Source: Eledone cirrhosa (Eukaryota). Taken from it: a stretch of 64,000 nt of DNA. A model generated the notes under the pieces. The model was not told where the DNA came from. It was given only the letters and a program-made list of their open reading frames with translations, and ran no database searches. The stretch spans positions 116,374,001 through 116,438,000 of the forward strand of contig OZ024740.1 in assembly GCA_964016885.1 (NCBI GenBank). Direction: 5' to 3'. A program made the translations under genes and the position numbers. Below, one piece after another: positions 1 to 13,708 of this stretch (its first letter is position 1; every line of letters begins with the position of its first letter).

Positions 1-711
1 CTCATACATTACTTTTATGCATAGATACAAACTGTATTGCATGTATATATGCACGTTCATACGAGTAAACGAATTGGGGAAAAACGGGAGAAATGTTGCT
101 GGAATTTCGAAATATAGGTGGGATTAATATCCCTATGGATCATTTTACTATGAATTAAACTAATACCACTATGAAATTTATAGTTGGGACATTTTACAGA
201 GAAGGACATTTTTATCAAGATGGAAGGTTCTAGTACAAAGTTCAATAACAATATGGATTATTATACTCAGCAAAAGAATAATAATCACAAGGGAGCTGTT
301 TACAAAATGAATCAATAAAGTAATAATCTCGAAGGAACGTTTTTCTGAGAAGTAGATTTTATCCAGACGATATAAGTTTACAGATGATCGTCAACGAAAG
401 ACGAAACCAGCAACAGAACTCAATTATATTTTCCACTTGTTTACTGTTATAAAAGGTGTCTCCACATAAAAATAATTTAAAATATTTGGTTACATGTAAT
501 CATATTTACAAAAAAAATGTTAAGCACAGCAAAAATGTTTTGTAAATGTTCAGTACAATTTTCGCCAAATATTTTGAACAATTCTACATTTAACATTAAT
601 ATGCTTTTAAACTAGATTTTGTTTTGTTTTACTTTACCAGTATATATATATGTAAATATTTGTTTGTTTGTGTGTATGTATGTATAAACATATATACATG
701 TGTATAAATAT

Positions 712-779
<68 letters not shown>

Positions 780-1291
780 TATTTGTATTTATATATATAT
801 ATTTATATATATATATGCTATTTGATATATATATATATATTTATATATATATGTATATATATATATATATGTATTTATATTTATGTATATATATATATAC
901 ATATATATGTATATATATATATATGTATATATATATTTATGTATATATATATGCATATATGTATACATATATGTATGTAAATTTATGTATATATATGTAT
1001 GTGTGTGTGTGTACCCAAAGCCAGAAATGTTTACTCAACAAACCTAAACGGTACATAAAGAACGATTGAAAAAAACACGAAATAACAAAATATAATTCTT
1101 CAAAAGAAGTGTTTCTTACGAATTTCGACATCAGAAGTCTTTTCTATAAGTACTTTAATAGTAAATAATTGTTACTTTTGATCTTCATATTAATGATACA
1201 TATTAATGATATTCGAATACCTTATTCAGTGTTTATATACTCACAAAGCAAATCATAAAATACTGATTATATATATATGTATATATATATA

Positions 1292-1340
1292 TAAAGTATT
1301 TAAAAGCACTGTTTACAATGTCTAAGGTACTATACATAAA

Positions 1341-1410
<70 letters not shown>

Positions 1411-1439
1411 ATTTAAAAGCACTATTTACAATGTCTAGG

Positions 1440-1513
<74 letters not shown>

Positions 1514-1548
1514 ATTTAAAAGCAGTATTTTCAATGTCTAGAGTGCTA
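1292..1548. repeat. Three ~42-bp units (AAAGTATTTAAAAGCACT...CAATGTCTA..GTACTA) separated by (TA)n
   Basis: Similar unit seen at ~1292, ~1406 and ~1508. Confidence 0.8.
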
Positions 1549-1565
1549 TATATATATATATATAT

Positions 1566-1754
1566 AACAAAGGAAATGTGGTAAGGAACTAGATGGACCA
1601 TAACGCACCAGAGTACTCAATACTTAGGGTAGTAGAGTGGGAAATAGGAAAAAGTATGACCCCGACGGCAGAGCTCAAGCCGTTTCGACGGCTATTTCTG
1701 GACTGAAATAGCCGTCGAAACGGCTTGAGATCTGCCGTCGGGGTCATACTTTTT

Positions 1755-1758
<4 letters not shown>
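1566..1758. mobile_element. Hairpin element, family H (half-hammerhead palindrome), in (TA)n; copy 1
   Basis: Inverted repeat 1645-1758 centred near 1701. Each arm reads GCCGTC-GAAACGGC...GCCGTC-GGGGTC. Homologous to 5054, 22583 and 28861. Confidence 0.85.
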
Positions 1759-1801
<43 letters not shown>

Positions 1802-1919
1802 GCGTATGCTGTGTATGTGTATATGTGTGTATGTAAGAAAATCAAACGCATAAATGTCTTCAGTCCAGTCGATTTTGCTAACCTCATTGGCAATATAAAA
1901 TGTGTGTATAGGGAGTATT

Positions 1920-1974
<55 letters not shown>

Positions 1975-1977
1975 ATG

Positions 1978-2014
<37 letters not shown>

Positions 2015-2047
2015 ATATATATATGTATATATGTATGTATATATATG

Positions 2048-2132
<85 letters not shown>

Positions 2133-2199
2133 GTGTGTCTGTGTCTGAGTCTCTGTGTGTCTGTGTGTGTGTGTCTGTGTGTGTGCGTGTGAGTGTGTG

Positions 2200-3022
2200 T
2201 ACATATACATACATTTGGTATCCAAATCTTGTAGGGACTTCATTTGTAGTAATTATTCCTAAATATTTGTTCTTAAGACTCTTACTATTCGAATTACATA
2301 CTTCTGATGTCAGCAACTGCTTTATCGGTTTAGGTTAGATCTGCAGACTTTAATTGACACCGAAACATCTAGATATCTTGTGTGGAAACCCTTGTTATGT
2401 TTTACGTAATACCTTTGATGTCTATACTTCGTGTTTGTTTAATTCAAATAGATATAAAGTCGTAACACCGAGTACATTTTTTGGTTGTTCTACTCAATAC
2501 ATTTGTGTAGTGAAATTATTATTGTTGCATAGGAAATGTCGATTTCTGAGAGTGGTATGAATGCTCAGACTGTGAAACTTTGAAAACATATAAGTTGTAT
2601 TTATACGGAAGGAATTTAACTGGATGGAAAGGAAGTGTGTGCATTGCATCGTGCCTTTGTAAAGTTTTCTTGTTTAGTGTATAGTGGTTAGAGGTGTTAT
2701 TGTTTCAGAGTTGTGTTGGTGTTTAAAGTGGGTTTCTTGTTTAGTATGGAGGTGAGTGGATAATCAGTATATGTAAGTGTTAGCGGCAAGTTGTTTGAAG
2801 TTGTTTGAAGGGTTTCTGTGTCTGAAAAAGGAATTAGTCAGGTTTTCAGGTTATGGAAGGTATGATAAAGATGCAGAAAGAACAGAATTTAGAAACACCT
2901 TTGTATGACCTTATGCTTGTGAGGGGCATTTGAATCTTAACTGTCCATATATGATTAGAAAGTATAGCTTCTGATATTGTAGGGTTTCTGAATGAGTGTG
3001 AGAGCTACGTGAAGCTATTTGA

Positions 3023-3025
<3 letters not shown>
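2200..3025 (-). pseudogene. Decayed Penelope-like element, GIY-YIG C-terminal region and probable 3' UTR
   Basis: Minus-strand translation near 2870-3020 gives SFRNPTISEAILSNHIWTVK and SIRSYKGVSKFCSFC, matching the PLE pattern SFR..T.LS.HIW.LK...Y....K.C.LC. Boundaries approximate. Confidence 0.7.
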
Positions 3026-3106
<81 letters not shown>

Positions 3107-3108
<2 letters not shown>

Positions 3109-3293
3109 TAGAAAGTACCGAGAAATAACCGAGGTGTCCTACACGAGTGAAAGTATGAAGAAAAAAAGATGAAATCGAAAATGTAACTGGAGTCTTATTT
3201 TTTTTTAAATATATATATTTATTTGGTTCCTTTACCGGTTTCGCAGTTCTTCTGCTTTTCAAAAGTAGAGTTGAGATGGAGGGTCTGTGGTTT
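3107..3293 (-). mobile_element. Small HHR-bearing element, family U (U3-A8 core), in (TA)n
   Basis: Minus strand 3228-3267: CTT-TTGAAAA-GCAG aagaa CTGC-GAAA-CCGGT-A-AAG. Near-identical to 39347-39665. Confidence 0.7.
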
Positions 3294-3310
3294 ATATATA
3301 TATATATATT

Positions 3311-3399
<89 letters not shown>

Positions 3400-3595
3400 A
3401 ACCGATAGACAGACAGAATTATAGATATAATATTTTTTTTTATCAGAAATGTCTGAAACTGCTGATTATACCTATCTGAAAAGTTCCAGATATTTACATA
3501 ACCAATAATATCACACTTAAGAGATCAAATATATTATTTCGTTGCCGTCATTGGTGGTGATTCCTTCTGAATATCCTCCATATTATATATAATTT

Positions 3596-3750
3596 GTTAC
3601 AACAGTGACATATATAGGTGCTTAAGTTTCGTTTGGTTATACAGCCCAACTCATTCAGCCTGTTATAAAAAGAAGAAATAGGATGAATGAGTTTGGGTGT
3701 ATAGCATATAACCCAACGAAACTGCTCTGTTGAAACGGCTCCGACTCTTT
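3596..3750. ncRNA. Divergent pair of degenerate HHR-like motifs with an 8-nt core (CTGAATGA)
   Basis: Minus ~3616-3662: AGG-CTGAATGA-GTTGG..CCAAAC-GAAA-CTTAAGC-A-CCT. Plus 3683-3725: ATGAATGA-GTTTGGG..CCCAAC-GAAAC. Relative at 19671-19720. Confidence 0.5.
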
Positions 3751-4003
3751 CTTATATATATATGTGTGTGTGTGTGTAGATATATATATACGTATACGTA
3801 TATATATATATGTATATATCTATGTGTATATCTATATGTATACATAGATATAGTATAGATTTATAAACAATGCTGCTAATCAATTACTCATTAAATGTTT
3901 ACAGATAGATAAACATAACGTATTTTGGGTAAAATCCGTAGAAACATTGAAATCTTGTATCATATAGTTCCACGTAAACATACATTCATATATAGACACT
4001 CGT

Positions 4004-4081
<78 letters not shown>

Positions 4082-4708
4082 TTTATGTATATATTTATAT
4101 ATAATCTATATTTGTTTTGCAAGATTTCTAATTTGAAAATGTGTGTTGAAACAGATGGTGTTATCCTGTGTGTGTGGGGGGGTCATGCTGCCAATATATC
4201 CACACACAAGAAAGATGCAATGCTCTGATAGATTATAGAAGCGACGAACAAACGATCTCCACATAAAATTAAACAGAAAACATGAGAGGAAAAGTAACAT
4301 CATCAAAACAAATACTTAAGGACAAAATAAAGACACAGATACACCCAATAACCAAACTAATAAAACAAACCAGACACACACAGATAGAACAAGCAACCAA
4401 CAAGTGACAAGTAAATAAACGTATAAATAAATAAACACACATACACCGATATAACGCATGCGCAACCCACATACACAGCACAAGACATATAAAAACAAGA
4501 TGGTGTAGGACAGAACAAAGGCAAGACAAAAATAACAAATTAGTCACTGAGGAGGTCACATAATGTATGATGAAAGAGCTTGGACAATAAATAAACAACC
4601 ATCCGGTTATTAAACCAAGCAACTGGAAATTTGTAATAAATTGAAAAGAAAAGCAACTGATACATGAGTTTTATTGGCAGCATGATCATCCCAACGTATA
4701 ACAATATA

Positions 4709-4796
<88 letters not shown>

Positions 4797-4799
4797 ATA

Positions 4800-4867
<68 letters not shown>

Positions 4868-4974
4868 GTATATAATTATGTATATATATATATATATATA
4901 TAATTTATATAGATATGTATATGTATATATATAATTTATATGTATATAAATGTATATGTATATAAATGTATATA

Positions 4975-5053
<79 letters not shown>

Positions 5054-5054
<1 letters not shown>

Positions 5055-5233
5055 ACGAAGGAAGTGTGGTAAGGAGCCAGGTGGACCATAACGCACCAGA
5101 GTACTCGATACTTTGGGTAGTAGAGTGGGTAATAGGAAAAGAGTCAGGACCCCGACTCAAGCCGTTTCGACAGCTACTTCAGAAATAGCTGTCGAAACGG
5201 CTTGAGTTCTGCTGTCGGGATTCTGACTTTTTT

Positions 5234-5237
<4 letters not shown>
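5054..5237. mobile_element. Hairpin element family H, copy 2
   Basis: Same long arm (GTGGTAAGGA..GGACCATAACGCACCAGAGTACTC) and a palindrome centred on CAGCTACTTC-A-GAAATAGCTG. Flanked by (TA)n. Confidence 0.85.
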
Positions 5238-5322
<85 letters not shown>

Positions 5323-5600
5323 GCATTGGTTTGCATTAGTAATTAATAATAGTTGCATCCGGATGACATATAAATATGTATATATGTGTGTGTGTAATAT
5401 ACATTTTATTAAAGAAATGAATTCTAAAGGACAAGAACTATTTCGTTCATCAATCTCCAGGAAGGCATTCCTGATATTTTCTCAGGAATAAAGCAGTTCG
5501 AGTGCTGTAGAAGTGATTTCTATAAATAAATGAATTTATCTATAGTGTACTAACGTATTGAGTACTTTTTGACAGTTGTCACCACCCTATTTACAGCGGG

Positions 5601-5636
<36 letters not shown>

Positions 5637-5644
5637 TATATATG

Positions 5645-5698
<54 letters not shown>

Positions 5699-5709
5699 AG
5701 TATATATAT

Positions 5710-5739
<30 letters not shown>

Positions 5740-5763
<24 letters not shown>

Positions 5764-6009
5764 ATATATATACTTATATATATGTATGTATGTATATGTA
5801 TGTATATATGTATATATAAGTGCTTATATATATATATGTGTGTATATATATGTGTGTGTGTATCCGCTGCTTCTACTGGAATCCGCTAGACGGCGCTGGT
5901 CGTCAATCTTTCAATATTCATAGCTAGACTTTAAAAATGTTTATTTATTAAACACACCCTATATCTTTAGATATATGAAATTCACATACATTTCTATAGA
6001 CAGCTATAT

Positions 6010-6071
<62 letters not shown>

Positions 6072-6387
6072 ATGTATGTATGTATGTATGTATATATGTA
6101 TGTATGTATATGTATATATATATATATATAAGCAAAAGGGATATTCAATTTGTTGATAATTCAACAAATATAAATGTTTATAACTGATTCAGAGCACTCA
6201 ACAAGTTTTCTGGAGTATAATATTCAATGATATGCAATGATATTTCATCTGATGAAAGCGTACCAAAGTTTTGGTACCCTTGAAATATATATAATAGAAT
6301 AAATATGGTTTTATAAATATAGTTTCCATTTATTAAATATCATTGAATATATGTATATATATATATTTATGTATATGTATATATATA

Positions 6388-6476
<89 letters not shown>

Positions 6477-6722
6477 ATATATATACTTATATATATGTAT
6501 GTATGTATATGTATGTATATATGTATATATAAGTGCTTATATATATATATGTGTGTATATATATGTGTGTGTGTATCCGCTGCTTCTACTGGAATCCGCT
6601 AGACGGCGCTGGTCGTCAATCTTTCAATATTCATAGCTAGACTTTAAAAATGTTTATTTATTAAACACACCCTATATCTTTAGATATATGAAATTCACAT
6701 ACATTTCTATAGACAGCTATAT

Positions 6723-6784
<62 letters not shown>

Positions 6785-7100
6785 ATGTATGTATGTATGT
6801 ATGTATATATGTATGTATGTATATGTATATATATATATATATAAGCAAAAGGGATATTCAATTTGTTGATAATTCAACAAATATAAATGTTTATAACTGA
6901 TTCAGAGCACTCAACAAGTTTTCTGGAGTATAATATTCAATGATATGCAATGATATTTCATCTGATGAAAGCGTACCAAAGTTTTGGTACCCTTGAAATA
7001 TATATAATAGAATAAATATGGTTTTATAAATATAGTTTCCATTTATTAAATATCATTGAATATATGTATATATATATATTTATGTATATGTATATATATA

Positions 7101-7165
<65 letters not shown>
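5740..7165. repeat. Tandem duplication with a 713-bp period
   Basis: Identical blocks are offset by 713 (ORFs 5948/6661 and 6343/7056; HHR cores 6249/6962). Confidence 0.9.
6241..6301 (+). ncRNA. Type I hammerhead ribozyme with long stem II (family L); duplicate at 6954-7014
   Basis: TATTTCAT-CTGATGA-AAGcGTACCAAA gt TTTGGTACcCTT-GAAA-TATATAT-A-ATAGAATA. Stem III is palindromic. Confidence 0.75.
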
Positions 7166-7187
<22 letters not shown>

Positions 7188-7382
7188 ATGTATGTATATA
7201 TGTATATATATATGCATGTATATATATATATATATATAAATATATATATACATATATATAAATATATATACATATATATAAATATATATACATGTATGTA
7301 CATATATATATGCATATTTATATGTATATACACACACACACACGCACACACTCATATATATATATATGTGTGTGTGTGTATG

Positions 7383-7455
<73 letters not shown>

Positions 7456-7458
7456 ATA

Positions 7459-7513
<55 letters not shown>

Positions 7514-7645
7514 ATGTATATATATGTATATATATAATTATCAATATGATTGTCGTTATTAATAGTCACTGCTCCTCGGATCTTCGCTGATGTTGAAGAG
7601 CCATTTACACCGAAACATTGAATAAAACCATTAACAATAATAACA

Positions 7646-7687
<42 letters not shown>

Positions 7688-7700
7688 TGTTTGTTTGTGC

Positions 7701-7743
<43 letters not shown>

Positions 7744-7816
7744 CAGGCATACAAAAACATACACACTTTCATGCATATGTATGTGTGTATGTATATTGAA
7801 ATGACCTCTACATGTC

Positions 7817-7950
7817 TAGAACTGTTTCATTCGTATGAAATCATCCGACGATACCTGATGGTTTCGAAAGAATGAAACAACTCTATTCCTATAGAAGTCA
7901 TTATTATATGAAATAAATATGCTTCTTCCTTACTAACGTATTGAGTACTT
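7817..7950. ncRNA. Divergent pair of degenerate HHR-like motifs
   Basis: Plus: CTGATGG-TTTC gaaa GAAT-GAAACAACT. Minus: GATGA-TTTC atac GAAT-GAAACAGTT. Downstream CTAACGTATTGAGTACTT is shared with ~5550. Confidence 0.45.
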
Positions 7951-8355
7951 TATTTATCTTTGGTTTCTCTCCGAACTCCTTCGGAAAAATGATATTGATT
8001 TATTCTACGTCTTCTAAATCGTTGTTTTAGTGAAATCTGAGTTTTGACCCTCTTCATGTATAAAATTATTATAAACTTTGATTTTTAACTGGTGCAAAAG
8101 CCTCATTTTTTTCTTTACCTATGATTGTACCCAATTGTATTATGTTCGACACTAACAATTCTGCCAACTCCCTTGAAGCTTATTAGGTAGTAGAGTTTCT
8201 CATCTGGGATCTCGAGATCCCGGTCTGTTTTCAATAATTTTAGATTTTCAGAGAAATGCTTATGGTCCCGGGAAATCCCAGGGCATTTAAAATATAAACA
8301 TATTCCAAATACCATACATACATTTATACGTATAAACATACATAACTAGATACAT

Positions 8356-8415
<60 letters not shown>

Positions 8416-8654
8416 GTTATGATAAAACTGAATGTCTTTTGACGTTTGCTGTATCCTAACAAAATTTTACGATACAGAACAGACACATTTTCAAATGGGA
8501 ACCCTTGAATAATTACGATTTTTTGTTGGGTTTCCGAAATAAGCAACCGTGGCCTCTCATGAAAAACAGAGGTGGACTATGCTTGGTTGGAGCCCCAGAC
8601 TGAAAATTTCATCACGGCCCTTGTGTATTATTTATGGTACCAATAATAATAATA

Positions 8655-9113
8655 ATGGTTTCTGATTTAGGCACAAGGCTAACAATTTTGGGGGGAGGAG
8701 AAAGTCGATTAAATCGACCCCAGTGTATTACAGGTGCTTTATTTTATCGACCTCGTAAAGATGAAAGGCAATTTGAACTCAAACAGTAATAATAATAATA
8801 ATTGTTTCTACTTTTGGCACAAGGCCAGCAATTAACCAATGTATTACTGGTACTTTATTCTATCGACCCCGGAAGGATGAAAGGCAAAGTTAACCTCGGC
8901 GGGATTTGAACTCAGATCATACAGGGAGGTAACTCTATGCTTCAAAGCCTGGCATCCGATCCTCTACCGATACTGCCAATCCACCGCCTTTATAATAATA
9001 ATAATTGTTTCTATTTTAGGCACAAGGCCAGCAATTACCCAGTACATTACTGGTACTTTATTTTATCGACCCCGTAAGGATGAAAGGCAAAGTTAACCTC
9101 GGCCTTTCATCCT

Positions 9114-9115
<2 letters not shown>
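8655..9115 (-). mobile_element. Cluster of three tRNA-derived SINE copies (octopus-type SINE A)
   Basis: Repeated GGCACAAGGCCAGCAATT..ACTGGTACTTTATTTTATCGACCCCGTAAGGATGAAAGGCAAAGT..GGATTTGAACTCAG, with a B-box GAGTTCAAATCC on the minus strand and (AAT)n tails. Confidence 0.85.
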
Positions 9116-9154
<39 letters not shown>

Positions 9155-11949
9155 TTTTTGAGTCCCTTTAGTATTTTGTGGGTCCCAGTTAACATTTCTA
9201 GTTCATACGCCACAAATTAGAAGCCATATTACACGGAAAATATGCCTAAAATTCAGGAGCTAAAATTATGAAACACCTTCGTAACGCTGTTGTTACATTT
9301 ATAACTTAGTTTTGCTCTATGCATGATATTGACTTTGAAATTATAAAATATTTGGTCTGATTACTAATCTGTGAGGTGTTCATTATTATCCCAAGATTTA
9401 CTACTAACCCGATAACTCACAAATCACAAACACACACACGCACGCGCGCGCGCAGACCCTTATGCATATATACACACACATACATACAAACATGCATACA
9501 CACAAGCACACAGTGTGCAAAAAGGAAGCCTTTACCGAGATGTTCAATTTACCAGATACAGAAGCCAAATTCTTCTCAAAACACAGTTCTATTTTGATAA
9601 ATATTATGTTAGATATGATGTCTTAAAATAAGATGGGGATGATATGGCCAGGACACTTTGGATATCGATCTGCTTGAAAAAATGTATACTGGAGCCTAAA
9701 GCACATATAAACACACATGCATAGACATACACATACGCTTTTATATATAGACACACACACGCATATATATATATATAGAGATATATAGATATAGACACAC
9801 ACTCACATACACTAGTCGAACAACTTCTATCACATAAATAACATCCCATATATAATTTTATATGTATTCATGGATTTATATGCATTTATATATATATATA
9901 TGTGTGTATCATATATGTACATTATACATGCATATATATAATATATATAGATATCACAATACATACATATGCATATATATCCATATCATAATATGTATAT
10001 GCACATATATACATATCATATATATATATATCCTTATATGCATACATATATATACGGATATATACATATGTTTGTGTGCTTCAAATTTTTATGTGAAGTT
10101 AATTAAAATACATATTAGCCAATGACACGTTAACATAATGTCCTTTCGTTGGCCAATTGAATAATTAATCTGATAGTGTCTTCCAACTTTTCATATGACG
10201 TAGACTCTGCTCCAAACACGTCAGCAGATTGGACAGGTTTGTAGATAGTGCTCAGCTTTGATCATTCATTTTGAAGGAAAGCCTATTAAATTCAATCTAG
10301 ATTTATAACAATAGAATATCTAGTGTCGCATATTTGACTAGATGTATATCTAGAAAATTCCTAGTATCCTGTTTGACTAAATCAGTGCTTATTTTAACGT
10401 GCATTTACCCCTGTTTGTGCACTTCTAAATCTAATTTTGTGCAGTAAGTTTATATTTATGACAAATAGTACCTGTGGTTACATGGTTATTTTTAACATTT
10501 ATGAGTATTTTAAGTTTATCAGTCTTTTAACCATTACAAATGCTTCTCAGAATCAGAGAATATCAAACACTGAGACATGGCATCTACCTTAAACATTTGT
10601 GCAGTTCTAAAATTCCTTAAAATACACCTTGGACTAGCTATATAACAGTATAATACTTTTTATCGCATATTTGACTAGATTTTAAACAATAAAGTGACTG
10701 GTATCTCATATCTAGGTAGATTTTTTAAAAACACACCTGGCATCGCATATTTTAAAAGTAAAATGAAATGGATAGGACCCTGAGTTTTTTTTTCTTCACC
10801 AGAAAAATATGTCTCCTCATATGATAATGCGGTTATTTTTCAATTTTGCTTGTTTCATTTTTAACAGTGATTTGCCTGTTTATATTTTGCTACGCAATTT
10901 ACGTCATCAGGATTTTAGACAAACATCTTTATTTCAAAGTGCCAGCTGAAACACTCGTCGTCGGAACCGATGGGGTTCAACATATACCAGGTTTACTGTA
11001 TTGTTTTTGTAAAGAAAAGTAAGCACATGTTTGTCAAAGTAGAATGTCTATTATAGACTTATAAATTATATAGATGTAGGCACGGCTGAATGGTTAAGAA
11101 AATAACTTCCAATCGTGGCAGATTTCCATGCACGGGTGACAGCTGATTTTCTACAAAATACCTTGGCTACGCATTTGCCTTGGAGAGAAACTTTTTCTCG
11201 CTCTAAAACCACTGCTAATAAATATAGTGCTAACTGACTTTGTCACTGGTTGACCAATATATGATTTTAGATCACGAATATCAATTACTTTCTTTGTCGT
11301 AGTCTCGGTAACAATTTCACTCTCTCTCTCTGTGATCGAATTTCAGCTACCTACTTGTGACGTCCAGTAATCGTTTCCAGCTGTTATTAAGAAATGTAAT
11401 TATAATTGCTTGGATCTGAAGGAAAGGTATGCAACAAGTAAAAACACGATTCCAATAAAAGAGCTTTGATTGTTTGCTATTTGAATGCTTTCGTTGCTTG
11501 TGTGTTCCGTGTAGGAGATATTCATGGTATGAAGAAAAAAAAGGGTACGGACAGTTTTTACGGTATTAAAACTCGAAAACGTCCAGCATGGCAAAATAAA
11601 ATGTACGTTATTTGACTCTAGAAATAGAATCTAATCCGTAGAAAGGTGCACACCTGAAGTTTCCAAGTCACGAATTATTTATCACAGAATAAATTACGAC
11701 AACCTGTCTTACATCATTATATCAAACGTGTCATCAACGTATTATATAACCATCGCATATATTATTAATGCAATAACTAAAATTTTGTTATTATATTTCA
11801 TATTCAATACGGATTCGTCCATAACTCGTAAATCATATAATTCCTACACTATACGTCCATAACTCGTAAATCACATCTCGTCTTCTGAATGTTTATAAAA
11901 GCATTGTTCTTTAGTATATATTACAAAGATGTCATTTACAAAAAAAAAT

Positions 11950-12470
11950 AGTGGTGGTGGATTGGCAGAATCAATAGCGTATCCGACAAAATGATTTGTG
12001 TTATGTAGTTGACGCTTTACATTTTAAGTTCAAATCTCGCCGACGTCAACTTTGCTTTTCACCCTTCTCTAAAGAAATACCTTGCAGTATTTATTTTGCC
12101 TCCTTGTGTTATATGTTCAAATTTCACTAAGGTCTGCATTTCTCTTCATCCTTTCGGGATCGATGATATAAAATACCAGGCAAATACTGTGAATGATATA
12201 ATTGGCAGTTCGCCTCCCAACAAACTTCTAGCCTTGTGCATATTTTAGAAATAATTATTAAATGCTCTCATCGCAGCAAGGGAGTGAGTTGGCAGAGTTA
12301 TTAGAGTGTCAAACAAATGCCTTACTATATGTAGTCTGGTTCCTTGCCTTCCTACCGAGTTCAATGTTACCTTTCATCCTTCAGGGGTCGATAAATAAAG
12401 GACCAGTCTAAAGCAGTAGCCAGGTGGAATTGTTAGAGCTCGTTTTGGTCCTGCGTTCAAATTCCACCGC
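11950..12470 (+). mobile_element. Degenerate SINE A copies
   Basis: GGTGGATTGGCAGAATC..AGTTCAAATCTCGCC..CATCCTTTCGGGATCGAT..GCCTTGTGC. Confidence 0.7.
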
Positions 12471-13435
12471 GGCTTATATGCATGGTAGACGTAACCCGTC
12501 ATCTAGTTTAACAACAACGCCTGACCATTGGTTACTTTAACAGAGTCTACTCTGTTGTAAGTTTTCACATCAGGTTTCAATTTTAGGATGCCTTCCTCCA
12601 TCTCTCATCAATCTTATGAATGAAAATGAAAACTTAAACAAAAAATATCAAACCTCGGGTTTAGAAGGCTTAATATACAAAGGTTTCAATTATGTTAAGT
12701 TTTGATATTTTCGATATATTTGTGATTTTTTCTGAATATATATTTAAGTGTGGATTTTTAGAAAACAGTTTCTAAAATGTCTCTGATGTGCATACATACA
12801 TGGATGATGTTGTATTTTATATACTTTGGCGCTGCAAATTAATTTCAATTTGATATTGAAATTGATCATGTTCTTCTTGAATTCCGACATATTTGCTAAT
12901 AGAGTTCTTTCGTTACATTTAAGTAGATTATAAAATGAATGAAGATGTCATGAATACCTTTTCTCAAATGAATTCCCAGTAAGACCTATAAACGATTTCT
13001 CTACGTGTTTGGTTTTAATCCTAGCTTAATACACCATCGCCTTAGATTTACAAATATGTTTGAGCGGGCTTGCAGCAGGGTGTATGTAATTACAAAATCA
13101 AAGGTATAATTTTAATGTTCAATGTTTATTTTTTTTACAATTTGTTGACATAATTTTAAAACCGGTATCCTTGCCTACCGATTTTTATACAAGCAATGTT
13201 TTTAATAAAGTTTTTGTGTTATTCCTGAAAAGATTGAAAGATTGCAATTTAAGTCGAATAACACCCAGTTACAGTGTGTTAGCTCTTATTTATTTTCTTA
13301 TATCTACGTACACAAACACACTCACGCATCCACACACACACATATATATATATATATGTATGTATATATATAATTGAATATAAAAGAGACTATTTTGAGT
13401 TCCTAACTCAATATATACCTTTGATATATATATAT

Positions 13436-13708
<273 letters not shown>

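Noticed and set aside
1100-7625. Weak CTGATG...GAAAC motifs at ~1105-1140 (-), ~2270-2320 and ~7590-7620
   Set aside because: The stems could not be formed convincingly.
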